Source: Candidatus Kaiserbacteria bacterium | Lineage (GTDB): Bacteria; Patescibacteriota; Minisyncoccia; Phycocordibacterales; Phycocordibacteraceae | Length of the DNA stretch: 64,000 nucleotides | Assembly: GCA_023264445.1 (NCBI GenBank) | Contig: JAHFMN010000002.1 | Span: forward strand, 66,365 to 130,364 | Direction: 5' to 3' | Shown: positions 9,634 to 18,774 of the stretch, piece after piece | Layout: the number at the start of each line of letters is the position of its first letter | How positions within the stretch are numbered: the first letter of the stretch is position 1 | Notes under the pieces: generated by a model | What the model was told of the DNA's origin: nothing | The model's input: only the letters and a program-made list of their open reading frames with translations | Databases searched by the model: none | Made by a program: the position numbers and the translations under genes

Positions 9634-10317
9634 TTATGCCGCTTTCCGTGCTCCCTCGGGGATTTCCTCGGCAGCGTATGCAGCATCATTTGATGCTTCT
9701 TGCTCTGTCTGTGCTATTTGACTAGCTTGATACTGCATTAGTTGTGCCTCCATCATGGCTTGCTGCCGCTGCTTTTGCTGTAGTGCGCCCTGCTCTTGTT
9801 GATATTTCTTCATCTTCGCCTTTTCTGATTTGATTTGGATGTGGTACATCCGCCACGTGGAAAGGGTGAATGAAGGGATGGCTCCAATAAGAGGGACTTC
9901 AGCGATGGCGAGACTGGCGACGAACCAGAGCGCGTGCCCAGCCTCTTCTTTAAATATGCGCGCGTTCATGAGCATGAGCATGAGACCAATGACGAGCCAG
10001 CCCAAAAACCCGGTAGCCATGGCCATGATGACACCGAATGTCTCAATTGCGCCTACACCGAAGAATCCCAATCCTCCAGCAATAGTGGTGCACCCTGCCG
10101 CCACAGCTTTCCCTGCTATGCCCGCCATGCTCGTCCCGGCCGCACTAGTAGCGGTAGCCGTACAAGCAACCGCAGCAACTACGGGTCCGAAGAACCAGAA
10201 GAATTCAAAAAAAATACGCAGGAGATCGAAAACGACGGCTACCGTAAGGACTGGTGATGCCTTCGGCCAGGTCATTACCGGCGGAGCCGGAGGAGGTTCA
10301 TTTCTTTTCAGTGGCAT
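9634..10317 (-). CDS. polytopic Gly/Ala-rich membrane protein with a Gln-rich C-terminal tail; possible T4SS inner-membrane component
   Basis: About 4 TM segments; start overlaps the VirB4-like stop by 20 nt. Confidence 0.55.
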   Translation of the reverse strand: MPLKRNEPPPAPPVMTWPKASPVLTVAVVFDLLRIFFEFFWFFGPVVAAVACTATATSAAGTSMAGIAGKAVAAGCTTIAGGLGFFGVGAIETFGVIMAMATGFLGWLVIGLMLMLMNARIFKEEAGHALWFVASLAIAEVPLIGAIPSFTLSTWRMYHIQIKSEKAKMKKYQQEQGALQQKQRQQAMMEAQLMQYQASQIAQTEQEASNDAAYAAEEIPEGARKAA

Positions 10318-12115
10318 AACGCTCCTTCTCTGCCTTTATCGCAAGGAGCTGGGAAGGATCGGACGTGATGATCTGGTCTTCCGTGTAGCTTGCGACGACC
10401 TTGATAGCAACGTGCTTCAGTCCCGCGAAGAAGAGTCCTTCTCCTACCCCCGCTTCGAGTAGTAGGTATTTTTCCTCATCAGTGAGGTTGAAGGTCTGCT
10501 GTAGCACATCGATCGTCGTTGGGGACTGCTTCAACAAGAGCTGTAATGAAGAGTTCGTGAGAATCGGCCGCCCATAGGGGCTCTTGAGGAAATCTTCCAC
10601 ATCCTGTGTGATGGTACAGACCCCGAGAAAATACTTGCGTCCACGCTTCGCGACAGAGTAGAGGAAGGATGCCGTATCTTCGCTCTTCATCATCCACCAT
10701 GCCTCATCGATAATGAGCAGACGCTTCTTCAGTTCATGGCGGATTTCGTTCCAGATATAGTGAGTGATGATGTACATTGCGACTGACTTCAATTCATCCT
10801 CCATATCGCGCACGGAGAAGACTATGAATTGCTGCTTGATGTCGATGTTGGTCGGTTGATTCATAAATCCCGCCCAGGTGCCGTGAGTGTATTTTGAAAG
10901 GCGTATGACGAGAGATTCGCTCCCTTCCATGCCAGAGAGCACCTGCTCGAAATCGGAGAGGAGCGGTGGTTCCGCACCGGTGAAGTCGACATCTCCAGTG
11001 ATGTCTTTGAGGGCATAGGTTTCGCTCACCGCGCGATCGATGATGGCGTCCTCCTCAGGCGTGAGGCCGCCGAGCATGATGCGGAAGAGCCCGACGAGCG
11101 AGATAATGTTGGAACGTAGGATATCTTTCGGGTCCTCATCGCTTTTTACCGGTGGCAGGTCAAACGGATTGATATGGTGTTCGGAGGAAAGTGAAATATG
11201 GAAAGAGCGCCCACCTGTCGCCTCTGCAAGCTGTTCGTATTCGCGCTCAGGGTCGATGACAATGATATCCGTACCAAACATGAGAGAACGAAGCACTTCA
11301 AGCTTTGTCGCATAGCTCTTTCCGGAGCCGGATTTGGCGAAGACGACGGAATTGTAGTTCTCGAGGGAGAATCGGTCGAAGAGGATGAGCGAGGAGTTAT
11401 GGCGATTGATGCCATAGAGGATGCCGCGGTCGCTCGTGAGATCAAAGGAGACGAATGGAAAGATTGATGAGAGCGGCGAAGAATTCAATTTTGAATTCAC
11501 GAGAAGCTCATCGGTGCCAAGCGGTAGGCAGGAGCGGAATCCCTGTTCCTGCTGAAACAGCGCCGGCTTCGTGTAGACGAGCTTTGCATCAAGGATGCCG
11601 CGTATCTCGCCTTCAGTCTTATCAATTTCCTCCCGGGAATCACCGTAGAGGGCAAGGTAGATGCCGACGTCAAAAAGCTTCTCTTGTGCCTGCTGCAGAC
11701 TATCGCGCAGGCTCTCGAGGTCCTGGTAGGCAGTGTCGAGGAGTGGATCGCGCACGAGTCCTTTTGCTTCACGCTCGCTGATCTGACTCTGTACTTCGGC
11801 CACCTTTTTCTGGAAGCTGCGGAGCGCTTGTTCGGTTTCAACTGGATGGATGAATATCGAAGCATCAAGTACGGTGTCCAGATTGATAATTGGAGAGAAC
11901 CAGCCATCGGAGAGGAATCGCGGGTAGGAAATAGTGTAGAAAGACCGGACGAACTTTTCTCCGAGCTCTAGCTCACGGGAACCGATCTTCAGCGCGGTCG
12001 GGGCGATAGTGTCCACAAGATCCAGCGCCCCTTGCTTGTAAATATCCTTCGGGAGCACGGGAACCACCATCGGGGATTGCTCGTTTTTGCGCTTGAGAAA
12101 ATCAAGTAAAGCCAT
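10298..12115 (-). CDS. VirB4/TrbE/CagE-family type IV secretion ATPase
   Basis: Walker A FAKSGSGKSY, Walker B LLIIDEAWWMM, C-terminal GVCTITQDVEDF motif typical of VirB4; start taken at MALLDFLKRK (12115). Confidence 0.85.
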   Translation of the reverse strand: MALLDFLKRKNEQSPMVVPVLPKDIYKQGALDLVDTIAPTALKIGSRELELGEKFVRSFYTISYPRFLSDGWFSPIINLDTVLDASIFIHPVETEQALRSFQKKVAEVQSQISEREAKGLVRDPLLDTAYQDLESLRDSLQQAQEKLFDVGIYLALYGDSREEIDKTEGEIRGILDAKLVYTKPALFQQEQGFRSCLPLGTDELLVNSKLNSSPLSSIFPFVSFDLTSDRGILYGINRHNSSLILFDRFSLENYNSVVFAKSGSGKSYATKLEVLRSLMFGTDIIVIDPEREYEQLAEATGGRSFHISLSSEHHINPFDLPPVKSDEDPKDILRSNIISLVGLFRIMLGGLTPEEDAIIDRAVSETYALKDITGDVDFTGAEPPLLSDFEQVLSGMEGSESLVIRLSKYTHGTWAGFMNQPTNIDIKQQFIVFSVRDMEDELKSVAMYIITHYIWNEIRHELKKRLLIIDEAWWMMKSEDTASFLYSVAKRGRKYFLGVCTITQDVEDFLKSPYGRPILTNSSLQLLLKQSPTTIDVLQQTFNLTDEEKYLLLEAGVGEGLFFAGLKHVAIKVVASYTEDQIITSDPSQLLAIKAEKERYATEKK

Positions 12116-12116
12116 A

Positions 12117-12752
12117 TCAGTTGTCGAGGCGGATAGGATTCTCCAATTCGCCCGGGTTAAACGAGCGATACATGAGCTCAATGACTTCTTCGGTTCCAAG
12201 CGGGACGGCGCGCACACCGGTGCCGGAAAGACTGCTTGCGATAAGCATTAGCCGCTGCTCGAGTTGCGCACGATCTTCTTCAAACGAACTTTCTGCAGCG
12301 GCGCTCTGCGCAGAAGCATTCCCCTTCCGCAAGAAGCCGACGGCGCGCGCGGCGGAGACACGGGGAGCATACGGCACGACGATGTAGAACGATTTCGTCA
12401 TAATGTTCGCGTGGTCGGTGAAGGAGCGGACGAATTCAATATATTCGCGCAACTGAATCCGCATAAGCTCTGTCTTTTGCCCTGGGGCTTTTTCCTCTAG
12501 AAGGGCGAGATACGGGCGCAAATCCATCTTGCGTGAGTTCACGACGATCTGGACGGAGAAATCGATTGTATTGAGGAAATTCTGGAAGCCAAGCGTGATG
12601 GCGCGCTGTTCGTCGGCCGATTTCAATCCGAAGTTGATTGAGGAACAGATGAGTACGCCGCGATAGCCCCCATCCTTCAACACGATGACGCCGTTCCGGA
12701 TCTCCTTTACCGGGACAAATTGCTGCGTTGCTCCTGAAGGTGCGGTTGCCAT
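12117..12752 (-). CDS. hypothetical soluble protein between the PrgI-like and VirB4-like genes
   Basis: Start at MATAPSG (12752); no recognisable motif; operon position only. Confidence 0.5.
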   Translation of the reverse strand: MATAPSGATQQFVPVKEIRNGVIVLKDGGYRGVLICSSINFGLKSADEQRAITLGFQNFLNTIDFSVQIVVNSRKMDLRPYLALLEEKAPGQKTELMRIQLREYIEFVRSFTDHANIMTKSFYIVVPYAPRVSAARAVGFLRKGNASAQSAAAESSFEEDRAQLEQRLMLIASSLSGTGVRAVPLGTEEVIELMYRSFNPGELENPIRLDN

Positions 12753-12753
12753 A

Positions 12754-13191
12754 TTAGGATGTGGGCTTTTCACCCCCTCCAGATACATCAAGCGACCATG
12801 CGAGCTCGGAAAGCTTGCCGCGGGTGAGTTTCGGCGTTCTACGCGCACTCTGCGCAGCAGCATCTGCTTGTGCGGCCGCCTGTACTGCAGCACTCTCCCC
12901 TGCCGCCTTCGACTCTTCGCGTTTCCAGAGGAAGAACTTTGCACCGATGTAGTAATTGAAGCCCGCCTCCAACACCTCTATGAAAGGTTTCCCGTTTATC
13001 TTGTAAAACGAAAGGGCCGCTGCGAGTGCTGCGACTGGCACCGAAAGCATGATGGCATACAGTATTGGCAGATAGACGAAGAGGATGACGCAGAGTCCAA
13101 TGCCGCCGGCGACATAAATAAATTGCTTCAGCGTCAAAGGGCCGATAATCTTGTCTTCAACCTCGATAAATTGTGGCACCTGGTACTCCAT
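12754..13191 (-). CDS. PrgI-family (VirB3-like) small membrane protein
   Basis: MEYQVPQFIEVEDKIIGPLTLKQFIYVAGG followed by two TM helices, immediately upstream of VirB4; arrangement typical of Gram-positive-type T4SS. Confidence 0.55.
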   Translation of the reverse strand: MEYQVPQFIEVEDKIIGPLTLKQFIYVAGGIGLCVILFVYLPILYAIMLSVPVAALAAALSFYKINGKPFIEVLEAGFNYYIGAKFFLWKREESKAAGESAAVQAAAQADAAAQSARRTPKLTRGKLSELAWSLDVSGGGEKPTS

Positions 13192-13483
13192 CTCCCACAG
13201 TATAACAGCAGCGAGCGCTCAAGGGCGTGGCCAGTGTTGTTATACTGTATTAGTGTTCCCTGTTCTTTTCGGGAGGTTCTCACATGTATATGTATATCGT
13301 TCATGAAGTGAAAAAAGAGGAGCATGTGAGATGTTCAAAATGCCGTGACACCATCGATCTTTCTACCGAAAGCTACCACAGAGAGGTTGATAGCTATGGT
13401 GTCTCGCTATTTTGGCATCACGAGTGCTGGCATGGACCGTTGCTGCTGCTCATCGATTGAAGAGGCCTCCAGCCTCTTCTCTT

Positions 13484-14122
13484 TTATAACGGAGAATTCC
13501 CTACGAGAAGGTCGAATACCCAGACGACCAGTCTGAAGAACGGCCCAGCAAACAAGTACGAGAAGGCAAACAAGAAAAGGATAAGTGAAAGCATTCCCGC
13601 CCCGCGGATGCTCTGCTCGATACGCGCAAGACCGCTCGCAAGGTGCCAGGGGAGTATCGCGCGAAGCGTGGTGAAGCCATCCAAAGGTGGAAATGGTATC
13701 AGGTTGAAAAGGCCGAGGAAAAGATTGATAAAGGCGATGGTCGTAGCAAATGAGATTGCGGTCGCATCGAGCCCCACCGCTCCACCGTAGCGAACGATTA
13801 TCCCGAAAATAACGGCGAGCAGGAGATTTGTCGCGCTTCCGGCGATGGCGACTAGTGCCTCACCCCAGCGCTGATTGCGCAGATTGTAGGGGTTATAGGG
13901 CACCGGCTTCGCCCACCCGAAAAGGATGGGAGAATGAGTGAAGATGAGGAGCGCTGGGAGAATGATGGACCCCATCAAATCGATGTGTGAAAGAGGGTTT
14001 AATGTGAGACGCCCGGCGAGCCGTGCAGTCGGGTCTCCGAGCGAGTTGGCGGCATAGCCATGCGCTACTTCATGCGCAATGACAGAAAGGATGAGGACAA
14101 TGAGCGAGAGGATGATTTCCAT
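13484..14122 (-). CDS. site-2 protease family (M50) zinc metalloprotease
   Basis: HEVAHGYAA zinc motif within a TM helix, LNPLSHIDLMGSI, multi-TM; internal ATG start at 14122. Confidence 0.75.
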   Translation of the reverse strand: MEIILSLIVLILSVIAHEVAHGYAANSLGDPTARLAGRLTLNPLSHIDLMGSIILPALLIFTHSPILFGWAKPVPYNPYNLRNQRWGEALVAIAGSATNLLLAVIFGIIVRYGGAVGLDATAISFATTIAFINLFLGLFNLIPFPPLDGFTTLRAILPWHLASGLARIEQSIRGAGMLSLILFLFAFSYLFAGPFFRLVVWVFDLLVGNSPL

Positions 14123-14161
14123 GGTTGCCGGTTTCGTATCGTATGCTACCATGCGGCAGTT

Positions 14162-14404
14162 ATGGCACGCGCCTGCGACATCACCGGCAAGAGCACGCAA
14201 ATTGGCGGGCGGTACTCCAACCGCACCCGCGCGACGCAATTCAACCCGACCGGCAAGGTACGCCGCAAGGCCAATCTCCAGAAGCGCCGCATCTACGTAG
14301 CAGAGCTTGGGAAAACAGTCATCGTGGACGTCTCGGTCAAGGGTCTCAAGACCATCAAGAAGCACGGCGCCTACGCCACCCTCAAGAAAGCGGGAGTTCT
14401 CTAG
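14162..14404 (+). CDS. rpmB: 50S ribosomal protein L28
   Basis: MARACDITGKSTQIGGRYSNRTRATQFNPTGKVRRKANLQKRRIYV. Confidence 0.85.
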   Translation: MARACDITGKSTQIGGRYSNRTRATQFNPTGKVRRKANLQKRRIYVAELGKTVIVDVSVKGLKTIKKHGAYATLKKAGVL

Positions 14405-14431
14405 CAGACAGTTCGACTTCTCCAGAAATAT

Positions 14432-14464
14432 GAGCTACATTCAAACGGTAGCTCTTTTTCTTTT
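14432..14464 (+). terminator. rho-independent terminator after rpmB (gagctac-N9-gtagctc followed by a T-run)
   Basis: Read directly. Confidence 0.5.
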
Positions 14465-14770
14465 GCATGTAGGGGTGAAGAATGGAAAATAATCATTTTA
14501 CTCAACTAGCTTCCTTGGTCGCCAAGGTCTACGCGGGGAAAGACTGGCATGCGTTGTCTCTACGAGAGAGAGAAATCGTGGGCATACTTGAGCTCACGGG
14601 GTATCTCGTGGTCAACGATCCTCCCAACGGTTTCGTCGGCCCAGCTGTTCCCCGACCGCATGATCGCCAACAGCAGTTGGACCTGGTCCACCACCAGTAA
14701 CGCGGGCGCCTCTCTAGAAGAGGCGCCCAACTCATTTCATAGCAACCAGGCGCTATGCTACATTTCATCT

Positions 14771-15376
14771 ATGACGTACACACCAAGAGTATTTAATTTA
14801 CCAGTGCTTGAGGGGATTTCAGAAAAGCAGATTAAAGTGCATCTCGCGCTCTACGAGGGCTATGTGAAGCATGTGAATCTCATCATGGGCATGTCCCAGA
14901 TGTACGGAAAGACCGATGATGAAGGCGGTAAGTATTCTCTCGCTGAATTCCGCCGCCGATTCGGTTTTGAGTTCGATGGGATGCGCATGCATGAATACTA
15001 TTTTGAGCAGTTTGAGGGCGAGAAAGGAGGAAGCCCCGATTCAGTGCTTGCGAAAGCGGCGGCCGAGAAATACGGAAGCGGCGAAGAATTTCTTGCACAC
15101 GTGAGGCAAGTGGCAGCGACTCGCGGCATCGGCTGGGTAGTGGTATATGCCGATCCCGTCGGAAAGACTATCCATACGGTATTCGTCGGCGACCACGAGT
15201 TTGGCCAGCTTTCCGGCCTCCCTGTCCTCCTCGCACTCGATCTCTGGGAGCATGCGTACATGGTGGACTATGTGCCAGCCGACAAGAAAAATTATATTGA
15301 TGCGTTCTTCGCCAATCTCAATTGGAGCGTCGTTGAGAAGCGTTTTGACGAGGCGATGAAAATAAGCGCCGCATAA
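14771..15376 (+). CDS. sodA: Fe/Mn superoxide dismutase
   Basis: C-terminal DLWEHAYMVDY and ANLNWSVVEKRF signatures; start at MTYTPRVF (14771) gives about 200 aa; the listed ORF extension is probably non-coding. Confidence 0.78.
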   Translation: MTYTPRVFNLPVLEGISEKQIKVHLALYEGYVKHVNLIMGMSQMYGKTDDEGGKYSLAEFRRRFGFEFDGMRMHEYYFEQFEGEKGGSPDSVLAKAAAEKYGSGEEFLAHVRQVAATRGIGWVVVYADPVGKTIHTVFVGDHEFGQLSGLPVLLALDLWEHAYMVDYVPADKKNYIDAFFANLNWSVVEKRFDEAMKISAA

Positions 15377-16788
15377 GCGGCGAGGACGAGCAGGAACGGA
15401 AAACGCTCGATAGTAAAGGCCGCAAACGGGAGCGCGGAGCTTTTCTCCGCGATAAAGATGAAGTATTTCATGAGTACGTACACGGGATAGCCCGCGATTT
15501 TTGCAATGAGCAGCACGAAAGGCCCGATGGTCATGCCGACGACGCCCGCGAGCGCGGCGAAAGCCATTGCAAATGGCACAAACGGATTCACAAGCAGATT
15601 CGCAGGCAGAGCGACGAGCGAGAAGAGACCGATGTCGTAAAGAAGAAGCGGTAATACCGAGATCTGCGCCGCGAGCGTCGTCGCGACAATGTTCCTCCAG
15701 AAGGAGTGCAAACGCATCAAGCGTGCTTCGATGAGAGGCGAAAGCCAGATAATTCCCGCAGTCGCGGCAACCGAGAGGCCGAATCCGGGGTCGAAGACGA
15801 GAAAGAGAGGATTCCAGATGAGCATCAAGAGGACCGCCACAAGAAGCGCGCGGCTCGCGGCGTACGAGCGACCTGTCGCGCGTGCATAGAGTGCGATGAT
15901 GGCCATGATGGCGGCGCGTATGGCCGTGGCAGAGATACCTGCAATGCCGACAAAGAGGAGGAGTGCCGCGCCGCCGGCGAAAAACTGCAGGCGGCGCGGG
16001 AGCTGTAGGAGTACGAAAAAAGCCATCACCCACTCGGCCACGACCATGATGTTGTATCCGGAGAGGACGATGATTTGCACGAGCCCCGAGCGCGTGAAGG
16101 CATCCTTCAGTGCAGTCCCTAGCCCCTCCTTCCCGCCGATGACGATGCCGCCCGCAAGCGCCGAAGCGGGCTCCGGCAAGGCAAGAGCAAGTCCATCGAG
16201 GAATGAATGCTTAATGCGCGCGAGCGCGGCAGGAATCGAGTACCAAGGCGCGGGCTCTACCGTATATATGGACCCGAATTGGATAAGGAAGCGGATATTC
16301 CGCGCCTCTAGGTATTTATCGTAGCGGAAGGTACGTCCGCCATCCGTTTCAAACGCCTGCGGCAGAGAAAGCGTCCCGTATACGCGCACGCGGTCGCCGA
16401 CGCGCACATCGGCAGAAAGCGGCATGACCGCAAGTGCGCCGACCTTCTCACTACCCTTCTCCACAACGAGCGCGATGCGCTGATTCTTCTCGCGCACATC
16501 TGGATCGCTCACGACCACTCCGTCATACTGCACACGATGCCGCAGGTCGCTCGCAAATGCTTGAGGCAACGGTGTGTCAGCAATCGTCGCACGCACCGTT
16601 CCGAACACGACGCAGATACAAAACACCGCACCAAGTGAGTACACAAGGCGCGGCTTCAAAAACGCCGCGCCGCCAAACAGCGCCGCGAGTAGCATTACAA
16701 ACAAAACTGCCTCCCATCCAAAATTAAAAACCGACTGCACCCCCACCCCACCCACAAACCCTGCAACAATGGCGATAAGAGCCTCCAT
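15292..16788 (-). CDS. comEC: ComEC/Rec2-family DNA internalisation channel (no metallo-beta-lactamase domain)
   Basis: N-terminal DUF4131-like region plus competence domain, GLVQIIVLSGYNIMVV, multiple TM. Confidence 0.78.
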   Translation of the reverse strand: MEALIAIVAGFVGGVGVQSVFNFGWEAVLFVMLLAALFGGAAFLKPRLVYSLGAVFCICVVFGTVRATIADTPLPQAFASDLRHRVQYDGVVVSDPDVREKNQRIALVVEKGSEKVGALAVMPLSADVRVGDRVRVYGTLSLPQAFETDGGRTFRYDKYLEARNIRFLIQFGSIYTVEPAPWYSIPAALARIKHSFLDGLALALPEPASALAGGIVIGGKEGLGTALKDAFTRSGLVQIIVLSGYNIMVVAEWVMAFFVLLQLPRRLQFFAGGAALLLFVGIAGISATAIRAAIMAIIALYARATGRSYAASRALLVAVLLMLIWNPLFLVFDPGFGLSVAATAGIIWLSPLIEARLMRLHSFWRNIVATTLAAQISVLPLLLYDIGLFSLVALPANLLVNPFVPFAMAFAALAGVVGMTIGPFVLLIAKIAGYPVYVLMKYFIFIAEKSSALPFAAFTIERFPFLLVLAAYAALIFIASSKRFSTTLQLRLAKNASI

Positions 16789-16919
16789 AGTTCTATGCTA
16801 CCGCGGAACAAGCACAACACTCTCATTAGGATCGCGCTTCCACAAGGCCCACCCACAAAGACTCTTGACGCGCTCGCCATGCTGGTATAACATATCCGTT
16901 ATGTTAGCAAAAGCACCTT

Positions 16920-17291
16920 ATGGAATATAACTTTTGGGTAAACCAACAAGGGCGGTCCCCCGTCCTTGAAGACCTAAAAGTGGTGTCCAGTGCCGATGCT
17001 AACTCAGGAAAGGCCTACTGGCTTCAGTTAAGTAAGGTCAGGAAGTATTCCTATCCACAAATGGCGGGGAAACTCATTAAAAAGCTTAAAGGCGAAAACC
17101 CATATAAGATTTTCGAGCTGAGATTTTCCCTGCCCCGGAAGATAGCGAGGACCTTCTGTGTTATTGGACGGGATTCAACATTGTGGCTGCTGCACCTAGT
17201 TATTAAGAAAAAAGATGGAACGAAGCATTCCGACATAAGGGTTGCCGAAGAAAGAGCAGGAATCCTTGAGCGCGCAATTCATTATTTATAA
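16920..17291 (+). CDS. RelE/HigB-type (phage Gp49-like) toxin
   Basis: KIFELRFSLPRKIARTFCVIGRDSTLWLLHLVIKKKDGTKHSDIRVAEERA matches the Gp49/HigB family; toxin-first order. Confidence 0.6.
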   Translation: MEYNFWVNQQGRSPVLEDLKVVSSADANSGKAYWLQLSKVRKYSYPQMAGKLIKKLKGENPYKIFELRFSLPRKIARTFCVIGRDSTLWLLHLVIKKKDGTKHSDIRVAEERAGILERAIHYL

Positions 17292-17302
17292 ACGAAGATT
17301 AT

Positions 17303-17755
17303 ATGAAGATCCAACACGCAAAAGAAATATTGCTTGGAGATGACAAAATCCGGAAATCATTTGAGAAAAATGATTTGGACAGCATCAAAATAAATGTTGG
17401 TCTGCAAATTCTTGAATTGAGGCTAATTAAAAATCTTACCCAGAAACAATTGGCTAAGAAGATTGGTACTAAACAGCCCAGCATCGCGCGCGTCGAAAGG
17501 GGAGCTACTGCTCCGAGCTTAACGTTCCTCTATAAGATTGCATCTGCAGTTGGTACGGACTTGATTCCACCAAAATTTGCAATCGTTGAAGAAAACGAAC
17601 TCCGAGATCAACTTAATTCGCTTGTGGTCGAGTCAGTCTTCCGTATTGCTGAGCACAAAACGGAGCCAACGGATAACTACAGAGTCTCCCAGGAAAGTAG
17701 AAATATTATTGGAAGCTCCACCAGTCCATTAGTCAATGCAAATAAATTCATATGA
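17303..17755 (+). CDS. XRE-family helix-turn-helix antitoxin (HigA-like) with a C-terminal extension
   Basis: HTH LTQKQLAKKIGTKQPSIARVERG. Confidence 0.65.
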   Translation: MKIQHAKEILLGDDKIRKSFEKNDLDSIKINVGLQILELRLIKNLTQKQLAKKIGTKQPSIARVERGATAPSLTFLYKIASAVGTDLIPPKFAIVEENELRDQLNSLVVESVFRIAEHKTEPTDNYRVSQESRNIIGSSTSPLVNANKFI

Positions 17756-18219
17756 AGAACAGAATTCGTTACATGGGAGGAATTATCTGCGGATCATCCT
17801 CCATTGATCAAGGAACACAAAACCTCTCGGCGTTTAATTTCATTGATCAGGTTACTGCAGATATAAAATCCACCGACCCGATAAAGACCACAAAGTCACT
17901 AGAAAAAATTACCATCCCCTTTTCTTTCCAGGTTATTTCTCTATGGAAGAGAAGTAACGTTTCTGATTTCGGAACGGAAATAAAAGGAACCGCCATTATC
18001 GAAGAGATCGATCCCCAGGGAAAAATTCTACAAACAATTCCCGTTGAATTTCTAATTCCTGTGACGGCAATAAGAGCACGACATATCTTAAAAGTACAAG
18101 GAATGATGGTCAGCACCACAGGGGAATATTGCTTTCAGTTTAGAGAGGTTGACGAAAAAGGCGAACGGTCCGAACCTATCGCAAAGCTTTGTTTTGATGT
18201 CGTTCTTAATAAATCTTAA
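17752..18219 (+). CDS. hypothetical protein translationally coupled (ATGA) to the antitoxin gene
   Basis: ORF only; AT-rich islet. Confidence 0.45.
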   Translation: MKNRIRYMGGIICGSSSIDQGTQNLSAFNFIDQVTADIKSTDPIKTTKSLEKITIPFSFQVISLWKRSNVSDFGTEIKGTAIIEEIDPQGKILQTIPVEFLIPVTAIRARHILKVQGMMVSTTGEYCFQFREVDEKGERSEPIAKLCFDVVLNKS

Positions 18220-18242
18220 AATCTAACAGCAAGGAGGTGGTG

Positions 18243-18662
18243 TCACGCACCGCGGTCCATGGCGGCGTTGGCGAGGGCGTCGGCGTCGGAGTTTTCGGCG
18301 CGCGGGACGTGCGCAAAGGAGACCGTGCCGAAGGCGGCGGCGTTGTGCGCGAGGCGCGCCTGCTGTTCCTTCATGACTGGATGCTTCACCTTATAAAGCC
18401 CGTTCATCTGCTTCACGACGAGCTCGCTATCCATCTTCACCACGACCTCCGTCTTACCGCGCTTCCCTTCCGGGACGAGCTTCAAGAGCTCTTCAAAGGC
18501 GAGGATGACCGCTTCGTATTCTGCGAAGTTGTTGGTGCGCGTTCCGAGGAATTTGGAGACGCTCGCGACTGAATTGCCGAGCTCGTCGCGTATCATCGCG
18601 CCCGCGCCCGCTGGCCCCGGGTTGCTCCGCGAGCCGCCATCGGCATGAATAGTGAATTTCAT
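18243..18662 (-). CDS. rnhA: ribonuclease HI
   Basis: MKFTIHADGGSRSNPGPAGAG...NFAEYEAVI...HVPRAENSDADALAN. Confidence 0.85.
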   Translation of the reverse strand: MKFTIHADGGSRSNPGPAGAGAMIRDELGNSVASVSKFLGTRTNNFAEYEAVILAFEELLKLVPEGKRGKTEVVVKMDSELVVKQMNGLYKVKHPVMKEQQARLAHNAAAFGTVSFAHVPRAENSDADALANAAMDRGA

Positions 18663-18706
18663 GCGCGTACTATACACCCAGTATCATTCGGCAGAATAAT
18701 ACGATA

Positions 18707-18736
18707 TTGACAATCATCTTTTAAAATTGTTAAGAT
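18707..18736 (+). promoter_or_regulatory. sigma70-like promoter TTGACA-N17-TAAGAT for the small secreted repeat protein
   Basis: Perfect -35 hexamer; SD aaaggagg 6 nt before the GTG start. Confidence 0.45.
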
Positions 18737-18774
18737 GAAGTCTGACCCACAATGCTCTTCGAAAGGAGGTTTAG

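Noticed and set aside
14482-14700. 72-aa ORF in the rpmB-sodA spacer
   Set aside because: No RBS or recognisable motif. The region is more likely sodA promoter and leader.
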